Part shown: positions 55,158 to 63,945 of the stretch, piece by piece | Layout of the letters: every line of letters begins with the position of its first letter | How positions within the stretch are numbered: the first letter of the stretch is position 1 | Assembly (NCBI GenBank): GCA_023265685.1 | Contig: JAHFSP010000003.1 | Coordinates: 759-64,758 of the forward strand | Origin: Candidatus Woesearchaeota archaeon | GTDB taxonomy: Archaea; Nanobdellota; Nanobdellia; Woesearchaeales; GW2011-AR9 | Length of the DNA: 64,000 nt | Direction of reading: 5' to 3' | Position numbers and translations under genes: made by a program | Notes under the pieces: model-generated | Databases searched by the model: none | What the model was told of the DNA's origin: nothing | Seen by the model: only the letters and a program-made list of their open reading frames with translations

Positions 55158-55300
55158 GGGATTGTAGCTCAATCTGGGACGTAAGAACTGGTTTCTTGCG
55201 CAGGAAAGAGCACTACGCTGAAGTGCACGCGAAGTGAGCATCTCGCATGCTTTGCTGCGAAGAGACGTAGGTGTTGAGGGTTCAAATCCCTCCAATCCCA
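55158..55300 (+). tRNA. tRNA-Phe (anticodon GAA) with two introns: ~27-28 nt in the D-loop and 41 nt at 37/38
   Basis: Hand fold: acceptor GGGAUUG/CAAUCCC + A73, D stem GCUC/GAGC separated by 37 nt, anticodon stem CUACG/CGUAG, loop CU-GAA-G[41 nt]A, T arm GAGGG-UUCAAAU-CCCUC. A TATA box (tttataaat) lies about 28 nt upstream. Confidence 0.8.
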
Positions 55301-55302
55301 CA

Positions 55303-55309
55303 TTTTTTT
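55303..55309 (+). terminator. Poly-T terminator after tRNA-Phe
   Basis: T7 run 2 nt after the discriminator base. Confidence 0.5.
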
Positions 55310-55333
55310 CTGATAGATGTTGGGGAATAGAAT

Positions 55334-55891
55334 ATGTTTGACGAGATACGTGAGCGGTTACGAGGAATTGATCTGGCGTTAAATTCTACTCTACTTGAAA
55401 GGTATAAAGATGATGAACTTCAAGGGATTGAATATCTTAAGAGGAATAAGGAAGATGAAGGTACTTTTCTACTTATTGAATTAGGACTTGAGCAACGTGG
55501 AGTGCATAGGATATATCAACAAAAATTAGTTCGAGGTTTTGAGGAAGTATCATTAACACATGTTGGAGTTGTTACTCATTTTCTTGATGAGATGAAAGAT
55601 GTACTAAAAAACCATTATAAAAACCCGCTCACTTGGGGAAGAGGAGTCGATATTTCAAATGTTCGCTCTTTTGAAAAAGGTCAGTTTATTTTAAACATTA
55701 ACGTTTTAGGGGGAGGTAGATATTGTTTCAAAGATGGAGAAGTAAAACTTTATGATAAGAGTGATACGTTTGGACCAATACCTGAGCAAAACTGGGAAGA
55801 CTTACTACGTCTGTGTGAGGTAGAAGTATTACGTCATGCGTCAAGTGCGTATAAGGGGTTTAGATTTGATTATACTGGGTTAGTTCGTTGA
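55334..55891 (+). CDS. Hypothetical protein
   Basis: 185-codon ORF with an ATG start. No motif was recognised. Confidence 0.5.
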   Translation: MFDEIRERLRGIDLALNSTLLERYKDDELQGIEYLKRNKEDEGTFLLIELGLEQRGVHRIYQQKLVRGFEEVSLTHVGVVTHFLDEMKDVLKNHYKNPLTWGRGVDISNVRSFEKGQFILNINVLGGGRYCFKDGEVKLYDKSDTFGPIPEQNWEDLLRLCEVEVLRHASSAYKGFRFDYTGLVR

Positions 55892-56472
55892 GGTTTCTTG
55901 AGTTGTTTTCTTCTTACCAAGACCATGATTACGAAGATACCATTGGCAAGAATCAGAGAGCCGGTATAAAACCAGTTAACAAAGGCGAGGCTGTCTAATG
56001 CGAAAAGGGCGATCAACCATTTGAGACTGGCAAGGCCAAACGTAGTAATAGTTTCTTCATGGGGTTTGTGATAGCCTTTGCGAAAGGTAGGGATAAATGC
56101 AACTGTGTCCGTTATAGTGATAAGGATAATGGATAATGTAGGATCGTTTGTATAAGCCCATAGTCCCATTGCTGCAAACGATGCAATAAGACACAGCCAG
56201 TCAACAAGAGGAAAATCGCGTGTGCCTTTAACAAATGCAAGTATGGAGATAATGAGACAGACAAGCGCTGAAAAGCCCGTTACCCACGCACCGGCTCCTC
56301 CGTTTTTGACTACCTGAGCAACGAAGGCGATTGCTGTTAAAATAGCCCAGACAAACCAAGAGAACGCGTGTGGCTTGGTTTTTCCGTTAAAAATGTCATG
56401 AAAGTAGGGGATATAGCTTACAAACGCAATAATTGTGGCAATAACGCCAAGAACGATCTTGTACTCAAGCAT
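55870..56472 (-). CDS. Integral membrane protein (6 TM, PQ-loop-like N-terminus)
   Basis: Six hydrophobic helices. SYIPYFHDIFNGKTKPHAFS resembles PQ-loop/SemiSWEET-type motifs only loosely. Confidence 0.5.
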   Translation of the reverse strand: MLEYKIVLGVIATIIAFVSYIPYFHDIFNGKTKPHAFSWFVWAILTAIAFVAQVVKNGGAGAWVTGFSALVCLIISILAFVKGTRDFPLVDWLCLIASFAAMGLWAYTNDPTLSIILITITDTVAFIPTFRKGYHKPHEETITTFGLASLKWLIALFALDSLAFVNWFYTGSLILANGIFVIMVLVRRKQLKKPQRTNPV

Positions 56473-56572
56473 GAGATACTGAGATGATTCTTTCTATAAA
56501 TAAGTTGTGTTGCGATGATTAAAAAAAAGAGAACCCTCAGGATACAGGTTCTGTGAAAACTCAAAAAATTTC

Positions 56573-56698
56573 TTAATATCCACGACAATTATTGCAATAG
56601 TATCTGTTGGCATTCTCAACAACAATACGTTCATTACAACTTTTGCAACACCGTTGGATTTTAAACTTCTTGACCTCTTGGAAGACGTGTTGCTTCAT
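56573..56698 (-). CDS. 41-aa zinc-ribbon protein
   Basis: MKQHVFQEVKKFKIQRCCKSCNERIVVENANRYYCNNCRGY (CxxC...CxxC). Found by hand translation. An A/T-rich TATA region lies upstream. Confidence 0.3.
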   Translation of the reverse strand: MKQHVFQEVKKFKIQRCCKSCNERIVVENANRYYCNNCRGY

Positions 56699-56936
56699 TT
56701 GATCACCTATCACCGCTTTTTTTTAATAAAAAAATTAAAGTAATTTATAAATATGCAATAAGTCGTATATAAACATTTGCTTTCTTGTCGAGGACAAACG
56801 TCTCAAAATTTAAGTTTTAAGATCATTTCTTGATTGCATTTAACGTGTTTTTGATTGTTTTTACCTACGTTTCTCGTGGAGATTGTGGTGAAATAAATTG
56901 AAAGAATTAGTCGAGAAAGTGAGTGGATGAAAGATC

Positions 56937-56954
56937 GAGAGAGAGAGAGAGAGA
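56937..56954. repeat. (GA)9 dinucleotide microsatellite inside a purine-rich non-coding stretch
   Basis: Direct reading of the sequence. Confidence 0.9.
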
Positions 56955-57172
56955 ATTGAGAACACAGGAAGGTAACAGGGATGTGAAAATTATTTTTGAA
57001 AATGAAATGGAAGGAATTTTAAGAAGGGAAAAGAGTTCTAGGATAGCGAAAGGTTTATGATCTACTAAATAAAGCTCTATGGAAAAAGAGTACTTATAAA
57101 TTGAATAATAAATTGAATAATAGCCTCATAAACAATAGATAATCAAATAATTTTTATTTGAATGGTGATAGA

Positions 57173-58429
57173 ATGGCCCAAACTCAGATTGAAGGTGATT
57201 TAAATTTTCGGACTCGTTCTTTGGGTCAGTCTGCTTCTAAGATATTAGCATTATTTCAACAGGTAATGCCGCAGGGATTTAGTGTTCAGATGCATACTTC
57301 GAGTCAATCATTTACTCCTGTTAGTAAAAGTTCATATCGAGAGAATCCCATTAATGTAACTGGTTACAGCTTTATGTTTGTTCTCCCTCGAGACTTTCTT
57401 CAAGCGGAAGATGGTGGTCCGCGCATATCTTCCATCTCAATTTTTCCGAATGATAAAGGTTATGGAATCAGTATTGTTGGTCTAGATGCATATAAAGATC
57501 AAAGTGACTCAGGTTATTTGACAGTATCTAAACCAACCATGGTCGAGTTATGGTCGTATCTTCAGGATCGGATGTCTTCTTTTATTGCAGGCATGTACGC
57601 AAATCTCTTTGAGAAGATTCCAAACATTATGAAAAAAATGGTGCGGGAGAAATATGGATTGTCTGATTTTAAACCGGATGAAACGCCTAAAGTGATTTAT
57701 CGAAGCGTAAACGGATTTAAAGAGCAGGTGTCAATTGAGATTATATATAATTACATAGTGAATAGGTTTTGGAAAGGTCGAGGAGCGCTGTTGAAAATCA
57801 AAGCTGATTATGATGGTTCGAAACGAGTCTTACAACTCGTTGTAGAATCAGATCGTATTACTGGGTCAGGGCACGGTCATGATTATCTGGTCAGTTGGAC
57901 TCAACTTGGGGCATATCTGGAGAAATGGGCTCTTCCCGTTGTGGGATTATTGGTACTGCGTGTTGCTCGTCAAGGAGAAATTGTAGAAATTAAAGAACTT
58001 GAAGCTGAAGAAAAAGGGTGGCTTCTACGTGAAGCATATTTTATGAAAAATCTCAAAAAAGATATTGAGAAACATGCCACAGAGGCATTAAGAGATTTAC
58101 GGATATTGGGTTCCACAGAAAGACGTGTTGGTGGTTTCTACAAAGAATTAGAAAAAGCGCTTGAGAAGTTAAAGGCAGAATATACCGGACGAAATAACCT
58201 TGAACTTGACGCGGTTGAAAAAGAAATGGAGTATGAGGAGGCGACTTTGGCACGGTATCTTTCAAGGGCAAGTGTAGAGTTATCAGATTTGATTAAGAAA
58301 GAAAAATGGAAAGAAGCAGAGACTATTATTCACCAGATTGATACAGCGCTTGCTGGTGTTGAAGCTTCTCTACAACATTTAGATAAAATTATTAAACAAT
58401 ATACGAGTAACGCACTGGAATTAAAATAG
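57173..58429 (+). CDS. Hypothetical protein with a C-terminal coiled-coil
   Basis: ATG at 57173 (the tracked ORF starts at TTG 57158). The C-terminal ~130 aa are rich in E/K/L heptads. Confidence 0.5.
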   Translation: MAQTQIEGDLNFRTRSLGQSASKILALFQQVMPQGFSVQMHTSSQSFTPVSKSSYRENPINVTGYSFMFVLPRDFLQAEDGGPRISSISIFPNDKGYGISIVGLDAYKDQSDSGYLTVSKPTMVELWSYLQDRMSSFIAGMYANLFEKIPNIMKKMVREKYGLSDFKPDETPKVIYRSVNGFKEQVSIEIIYNYIVNRFWKGRGALLKIKADYDGSKRVLQLVVESDRITGSGHGHDYLVSWTQLGAYLEKWALPVVGLLVLRVARQGEIVEIKELEAEEKGWLLREAYFMKNLKKDIEKHATEALRDLRILGSTERRVGGFYKELEKALEKLKAEYTGRNNLELDAVEKEMEYEEATLARYLSRASVELSDLIKKEKWKEAETIIHQIDTALAGVEASLQHLDKIIKQYTSNALELK

Positions 58430-58555
58430 ATTTGCGATGGACTGAAGTTTTCAGGTTTGAGGAGTTTTTGATTTATTAGTGTTTTTTTTCTTATTTTACT
58501 CTTGACTTTTTCTAATGACAATAGGTTGAAGTAAAGTAGAACCGGAAAGATAAGA

Positions 58556-59185
58556 TCAAAATGAACTAAAAAAGAAGACAAAAAAGACGCCAAACGCGAC
58601 CATTAACGTCCAGACAATCTTGTTCCAGTAGAATATTTTGATACCATCGAAATTACCAAAAGGGATCATGTTGAAAAGGCCTAACCACATGTTGATACCA
58701 AATCCCGTGCTTGCGATAAGTTGAATCACATTTGAGGAGCTGATTATCATGAGAGCAAGAAAGAGTAGTCCAAGGATATAATTAGTAAGCGGTCCAACAG
58801 CACTAATAATCCCATTTTCTTTACGTGTGACACTTCCTGCGATCATCACGGCACCGGGAGCGATAAATGTGAAGCCGATTAATAACGCGAGGCCAAGTGC
58901 GAGTAAGAGCATTTGATCAAATGAACGAAATTCTGCGACACACCCGTAGCGTTGGGCGACAACTTTGTGTGCTAATTCGTGGAGTAAGAAGCCAATGCCT
59001 GCAGTTACGATACTCATGAGGACAAGTACCCAAAAGCTTGCTGTTGCTAAAATGGAAAGTGAGCCAGGATTAAATAATTTAATTCCAGCATTGAGAACCG
59101 CGAAGGTAATTGCAACACAGAGTAGTGCTTTAACAATGTCAATTATTTCCGTCTTCGAGGTCTTGATCTTGGGTAATGATATCAT
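58556..59185 (-). CDS. Site-2 protease family (M50) membrane metalloprotease
   Basis: HELAHKVVAQRYG (HExxH) in a TM helix, and FNMIPFGNFDG (NxxPxxxxDG). Confidence 0.8.
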   Translation of the reverse strand: MISLPKIKTSKTEIIDIVKALLCVAITFAVLNAGIKLFNPGSLSILATASFWVLVLMSIVTAGIGFLLHELAHKVVAQRYGCVAEFRSFDQMLLLALGLALLIGFTFIAPGAVMIAGSVTRKENGIISAVGPLTNYILGLLFLALMIISSSNVIQLIASTGFGINMWLGLFNMIPFGNFDGIKIFYWNKIVWTLMVAFGVFFVFFFSSF

Positions 59186-59363
59186 CTTGGTCTTCTTCTA
59201 TCTTCCCCTTAATAAAACGTTGCAGGCGCACGGCGTCATCTTCTACAACGACGAGCATTTCGATATCTGAAAAATTTTCTTGTGCACATTCTTTACAGTA
59301 GTAATCAGACGTATCTTTTATTTTATACTTAGCGGGTTCATCACAGATGATACACTGTTTCAT
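59139..59363 (-). CDS. Small zinc-ribbon protein with an acidic tail
   Basis: MKQCIICDEPAKYKIKDTSDYYCKECAQENF. Its 3' end overlaps the start of the M50 gene by 47 nt. Confidence 0.45.
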   Translation of the reverse strand: MKQCIICDEPAKYKIKDTSDYYCKECAQENFSDIEMLVVVEDDAVRLQRFIKGKIEEDQDDIITQDQDLEDGNN

Positions 59364-59522
59364 AAGTACTTTGAGGGAACGCTATTTTAAAAAGATAGTG
59401 TTTGATTTTGAGGGGAATTTGGTGAAGAAGAACTCTTTTTAGCAAGAAGTTGTCTCTACGTTTACATAAACTATATTTTTAAAAACTCTCGTTGTTGTTT
59501 CTACACTAAAAGAGGCGGGTTT

Positions 59523-60059
59523 ATGGAAGAGGAATGGTTAGATGTTGTAAATGATGAGGATGAGGTCATTGGTCGGGATCTTAAGAGTAATAAATCCGAG
59601 AAGCGTTTTTTAAGTCGTAATGTTGCAGTGTATCTTCAGACTAAAGAGGGACATTTTGTAATGGTACAGCGAGCGGCACACAAGAAAATTGAACCACTTA
59701 AATTTGATCTTTCTGCATGTGGTCATGTTCAATCAGGAGAGACATACGATCAGGCGGCAAGGCGAGAGTTGCTTGAAGAAGTGGGGGTTCACGCGCCCTT
59801 GCAACTTATTGGGAAGCGACGTACATCTATTCCTATTGATGATGGCGAGCCTTTAGAATTTCTTACTTCTATTTATCATGGAGTTCATAATGGACCGTTT
59901 ACCATTAATGAGGAATCTGCTGATTTGCGGATGATGACGTTTGTGGAATTACAAGAAGCGTTGATTGAGACGCCAGATATGTTTTGTGGACCTTTTCTCG
60001 AAGATTTTGCGATGACGCATAAAGAGTTACTGCGATTGCAGAAACGTTTTGAGTATTAA
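59523..60059 (+). CDS. NUDIX hydrolase
   Basis: Nudix box GHVQSGETYDQAARRELLEEVGV. Confidence 0.85.
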   Translation: MEEEWLDVVNDEDEVIGRDLKSNKSEKRFLSRNVAVYLQTKEGHFVMVQRAAHKKIEPLKFDLSACGHVQSGETYDQAARRELLEEVGVHAPLQLIGKRRTSIPIDDGEPLEFLTSIYHGVHNGPFTINEESADLRMMTFVELQEALIETPDMFCGPFLEDFAMTHKELLRLQKRFEY

Positions 60060-60080
60060 ATTTAGTGGATGAGGTTTTTA

Positions 60081-60100
60081 GAGAGAGAGAGAGAGAGAGA
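60081..60100. repeat. (GA)10 dinucleotide microsatellite between convergent genes
   Basis: Direct reading of the sequence. Confidence 0.9.
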
Positions 60101-60113
60101 CTTTAAGATTAAC

Positions 60114-60911
60114 TCATCTCCTATATGTATTGGGATTTCTATAACCTGTTTTTCGTTCATAAACTGTTTGAGGTCTTGTGGCTTTATCAAGGTTCTCTTC
60201 TTCTTTTTCAGCCCATTTGTACCCACAATAGATACATTCTTTTGTGTTTTTAAAAATTTTAATTCGTTCAATTCTGGTTCTCCATTCAGTATAATTACTG
60301 TTTTTGTAAGAACCATCTGAATAAAGATATCTTGTCTCTACCCTATATTCCCAAGGTCTTTTTTCTATCTTTTCAAAATCCCTACTAACATGGTCTTTAG
60401 CAAAAACTCTCTTACAATTACTACATCTGGTTACACTAAATATGATGATTAGGACCACATTTACAAAAAGTAACATTAATAGGATAGTATAAGATAAGGG
60501 AGATAAAATCAGAAAAAGAACTGCTGTTACTATTGAGAGGATTAGTGGATTTTTATAAAAAAGAAGTGGCTCGACTTTGTTACCTAATCTTTCAATTCCC
60601 TTCTTTATTACACTTGAAACGTAATTTAATTGATTAGGATAAATGTAAATACATTTTATACCATTATTGCTATAAGCCTCTTTTTTCTCATTATATCTTG
60701 CTCTTTCAGTTCTTCGTTCTTCATCATTTTTTTTATCCCATCCACCAAAGTATTCAATATATATGTTGTATTTTGGTAAGAAAAAATCTGCTCGCCTACT
60801 TCCTTTATAATCATTTTTTAAGAAGTGAATCTCTTTCTCCGGCTCATATTTAATGCCAAGATTATCCAACGCTGCACGAACTGCTCGTTCTCCATCAGAT
60901 TCTCGATTCAT
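60114..60911 (-). CDS. Membrane protein: N-terminal restriction-endonuclease-like (DUF559/Vsr-like) domain, 2 TM, C-terminal Cys4 zinc-ribbon domain
   Basis: GERAVRAALDNLGIKYEPEKEI...RRADFFLPKYNIYIEYFG...GIKCIYIYPNQL, TM segment PLILSIVTAVLFLILS...LLFVNVVLIIIF, then CSNCKRVF...CIYCGYKW. Confidence 0.55.
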   Translation of the reverse strand: MNRESDGERAVRAALDNLGIKYEPEKEIHFLKNDYKGSRRADFFLPKYNIYIEYFGGWDKKNDEERRTERARYNEKKEAYSNNGIKCIYIYPNQLNYVSSVIKKGIERLGNKVEPLLFYKNPLILSIVTAVLFLILSPLSYTILLMLLFVNVVLIIIFSVTRCSNCKRVFAKDHVSRDFEKIEKRPWEYRVETRYLYSDGSYKNSNYTEWRTRIERIKIFKNTKECIYCGYKWAEKEEENLDKATRPQTVYERKTGYRNPNTYRR

Positions 60912-60987
60912 AAATTCTAATGGCCAATATTGATATATAAAATATTTGATTTAGTTGCTTTTGCTATGAGAACTCTGCTTTGAAAGA

Positions 60988-61791
60988 TTATAACCTAAGC
61001 AAGTACGCTTTCATTTCTTCTATCTCTTCTTCGTTGACAGCGCAACCGTTGCTTTTAACAGCCCATAATAAAGCGTCGAGAAGGACGGCTTTTCCATCTC
61101 GTTTAGGAGGGGCGTAGCCGTCATAGAGATGTAATTTGTAGGCAGTGCAGACTAACTCAATAGAACGGAGTAGGATCATCCCCTTGAATTTTGATGAAAA
61201 CGCGTTGATGTTGCCCTGGTTAGGCGTGATTTCTTTTTCAAAACGAGAAGTGAGAAGTTTTCGTAATCCATCACTATCTTCAATAAAAAGACGGAGGGCT
61301 CGTTCGTCAACGACTACGGCTTGAGCGCCTGCTTTGAGAGCACAGGCGACGGATTCGACTTCGCCTTGTTGAAGGACTTCAAGATTCTTAGTACCGCTCA
61401 AAAATGAGGTATTGGCAAGAGAAATGAGTTGGTTGACAGTATTTACAGGTACATCTTCGTAGAGTTCAATAACCCCGTCGTTAAGGAGTTTAAGACACTG
61501 AAGTGCTTCAAACTTGTAGCGGTTCATCGTTAATGGACGATCGATGAGTTCAAGTTTCACAGCAGGTGTGATATAAAAATGTCCGCCGTATTGTTTTTTG
61601 AGCTCAGGTAAGATGAAACTCATACGAGAGATAACTAACGAGATGATGGGGCCTGTGTCGAAGAAGATGATGTTTTGATTTGGAATTGAAGAGGGACGGA
61701 CTGGTTGTACATTTAGTTTGGAAGGAGTTGATAGTTTGGAAGGATTTGATTTAGGAAGACTCGTTTTTGGAGGAATTTTTTGTGGTGCCAT
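60988..61791 (-). CDS. PIN-like (DUF3368-type) domain protein with a Pro/Ser/Lys-rich N-terminal tail
   Basis: IIFFDTGPIISL, QQGEVESVACALKAGAQAVVVDERALR. Confidence 0.6.
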   Translation of the reverse strand: MAPQKIPPKTSLPKSNPSKLSTPSKLNVQPVRPSSIPNQNIIFFDTGPIISLVISRMSFILPELKKQYGGHFYITPAVKLELIDRPLTMNRYKFEALQCLKLLNDGVIELYEDVPVNTVNQLISLANTSFLSGTKNLEVLQQGEVESVACALKAGAQAVVVDERALRLFIEDSDGLRKLLTSRFEKEITPNQGNINAFSSKFKGMILLRSIELVCTAYKLHLYDGYAPPKRDGKAVLLDALLWAVKSNGCAVNEEEIEEMKAYLLRL

Positions 61792-61797
61792 GGAAGA

Positions 61798-62352
61798 TTA
61801 GACCTTGAAAATTTGGAAAGCACTTTTGAGACGTTTCTCGATAGGTAATGTTGAGTTTACACCAAGGGCAACAGTTTTGGAAGCATAGTCTTGGAGATCC
61901 CAGTTGGAGAGCCCCATCAATCCGGCAGCTTGACCAATAGAGAGACCGTGTTCAAGTAGAGCTGTGCCTTTTTTTATTCTTGCGGCGTGCAAAACATCTT
62001 GTAAGTGTTCACGTACTTCTCCGTGACTGTCTTTGACGATTTGAAATGATATTTTCATGTAGGAGTTGTATTTTCCAAGATCACGTGAGTTAATTGAATT
62101 GTAGGCTTTGTCGAGTTGAGTGAGAAGATCATTGACGGTTTGATTGGTGGTAAGTGTGGGAAGAAGTTTGTAGAGAGAGTAGATTAAAACAGTGACTGAG
62201 ATGATGTCGATGTTTTTATGGAGGGCAACGTCTTCGATGGAATGGTCGCTAAGACTTTTGAGTTCTTCAAGATTGCATTTTGGCCAACAGCGTAGAAAAT
62301 TCGTGAGTTTATTTAGATCGTATACTATCTCTTTGCGAACTACCTCTTTCAT
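61798..62352 (-). CDS. HTH protein (UPF0175-like C-terminus), likely partner of the downstream PIN-like gene
   Basis: C-terminal LEHGLSIGQAAGLMGLSNWDLQDYASK. There is a 6-nt gap to the PIN-like gene. Confidence 0.5.
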   Translation of the reverse strand: MKEVVRKEIVYDLNKLTNFLRCWPKCNLEELKSLSDHSIEDVALHKNIDIISVTVLIYSLYKLLPTLTTNQTVNDLLTQLDKAYNSINSRDLGKYNSYMKISFQIVKDSHGEVREHLQDVLHAARIKKGTALLEHGLSIGQAAGLMGLSNWDLQDYASKTVALGVNSTLPIEKRLKSAFQIFKV

Positions 62353-62429
62353 AGTCTTAGGGAGGGATTTGGAGGTTATTAAAGTTTGGGTGGAAGATTT
62401 TTAAATGGAGGAGGTCTTGGAGATTCTAT

Positions 62430-62501
62430 GGGCCTGTTGTATAACGGCTATTATACACCGCTGGCAGCGGTGTGACGCGAGTTCGACTCTCGCCAGGTCC
62501 A
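62430..62501 (+). tRNA. tRNA-Ala (anticodon GGC), intron-less
   Basis: Acceptor GGGCCUG/CAGGUCC gives G3:U70, anticodon stem CACCG/CGGUG, loop CU-GGC-AG, T arm GCGAG-UUCGACU-CUCGC. The D stem is weak. A TATA-like tttttaaat lies about 27 nt upstream. Confidence 0.75.
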
Positions 62502-62550
62502 TGTTTTCTTGGTTTGATACGTAAATTATAAATAGTTAGTTATGCTCTAA

Positions 62551-62930
62551 GATTACATAGATACAAAGACCAAAGAATGGTTAGAGCTGGTACGTGATAA
62601 TCTTGATGCGGCCAGAAGAGCCTTAGTGTTGGTCTGATTATGTGGGCGGATATTCAAGCTCAACAGACTGTAGAAAAAGCACTTAAAGCAATTTTATGTG
62701 AGAGAGGTGTTCGAATTCCAAAAACACATGATATTGTGTTCTTAGGAAAAGAAGTTGGTTTAGAAGAAAAATTGATTCATCAAGTAGCTCCATTGACAAA
62801 AATATATCTGGAAATGCGTTACCCTGATGATATTAAGAAAGAATTGAAGACAGTTGAATTACACCAAACAAAAAGTAATATTCAATTGGCAAGAGAGATT
62901 TTACAATGGGTAGAAAAAAAATATAGATAA
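62551..62930 (+). pseudogene. HEPN domain gene, N-terminal part frameshifted and lacking a start codon; the ORF 62640-62930 retains the C-terminal two thirds
   Basis: 62551-62634 reads DYIDTKTKEWLELVRDNLDAARRALVLV* (a typical HEPN helix 1) in a different frame from MWADIQAQQTVEKALKAIL...EMRYPDD. Confidence 0.55.
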
Positions 62931-62931
62931 A

Positions 62932-63222
62932 GTGAAAGAGTTTATGTCTGAAGTATCGCGGCGTGCTGGTGTAGAGAGGATGATCCTTTTTGGTTCGAGG
63001 GCATCGGGAAAAGCACGAGCTGATAGTGATTTTGATCTACTCATTGTTTCTTCTAAATATCGTAATATAAATGTGTTCAAACGGGGAACTGATCTTTATC
63101 ATTACTGGAATCTACGTTATCCTGTTGATTTTCTCTGTTATAGCCCTGAAGAGTTTAAGAAACTAAAGAACGACCCTACATCTATAGTTTATGAAGTAGT
63201 TAGGACCGGAATTGAAGTTTAG
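62932..63222 (+). CDS. Minimal nucleotidyltransferase (MNT-type)
   Basis: MILFGSRASGKARADSDFDLLIVSS...FLCYSPEEFKKLKNDP. It is a paralog of 2087-2410. Confidence 0.8.
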   Translation: MKEFMSEVSRRAGVERMILFGSRASGKARADSDFDLLIVSSKYRNINVFKRGTDLYHYWNLRYPVDFLCYSPEEFKKLKNDPTSIVYEVVRTGIEV

Positions 63223-63417
63223 ATTTAAAAAAAACGTACTCATAAATCCGAGTAGCAGGATGTCAAAGACGATTTTCACTAATGGTTCGGAGAAGTAAAA
63301 GTCTACAAAGAGCATACGAAATTTTCTAGTGTTTGAAATGAGGGGTAATGAGATGAGAGAGTTAGAATAATACTTTTTAACCAAGCTTTTTTATATTCTA
63401 CAAGATGTAGACAGGTT

Positions 63418-63945
63418 ATGTTCTTTTCAAAGTCAAAAGTTATTGTTTCAGAAAATCTTCCTCCTGAAAAGATAGAGAATATTCGTTTTGTATACATTGT
63501 TATTGATTCTGATGGTAAAACCCACTATGAATTTAATAACAAAGGTCATGTCGTCTCGCCGTTGCATTGGAATGAAATGAATCCTCTGCGGATTTTGAAA
63601 AATCTTCCAGCAAACTTAGTTGCTCGTAGTGTTTCTGAGAAAAAGAATATTGTGGGGGTTTTGCAATTGTGGATTTATTATACCCAAAAACACACTTATG
63701 CGAGAGTAAAAGCTGCAGGTATTTTGGAGGAATTTCAACGCCAAGGGTTTTGGAAAAAATTGAATGTTGCCATGGATGCTTTCTGCACATATTACCATAT
63801 TGAATGGGTTGAACGAGAGACAAGTGTTATGCCAGCAGAGATTCTACTTAAAATGGGATTTTTACCTGCACAGAGCCATAGTCTTTGGCATCGGTTTGAA
63901 AATAGGGTAACATTTAAACAAGCCTACATTAAGAGGTATACATGA
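63418..63945 (+). CDS. Hypothetical protein, possibly GNAT-like
   Basis: AAGILEEFQRQGFWKKLNVAM resembles GNAT motif A only weakly. Confidence 0.4.
   Translation: MFFSKSKVIVSENLPPEKIENIRFVYIVIDSDGKTHYEFNNKGHVVSPLHWNEMNPLRILKNLPANLVARSVSEKKNIVGVLQLWIYYTQKHTYARVKAAGILEEFQRQGFWKKLNVAMDAFCTYYHIEWVERETSVMPAEILLKMGFLPAQSHSLWHRFENRVTFKQAYIKRYT

Noticed and set aside
55104-55301. N-terminal 66 codons of the tracked ORF 54582-55301 (MGLEGFEPSTPTSLRSK...)
   Set aside because: This stretch is the antisense of tRNA-Phe (55158-55300). The HAD phosphatase starts at MNKAIFLDKDGT (55103).
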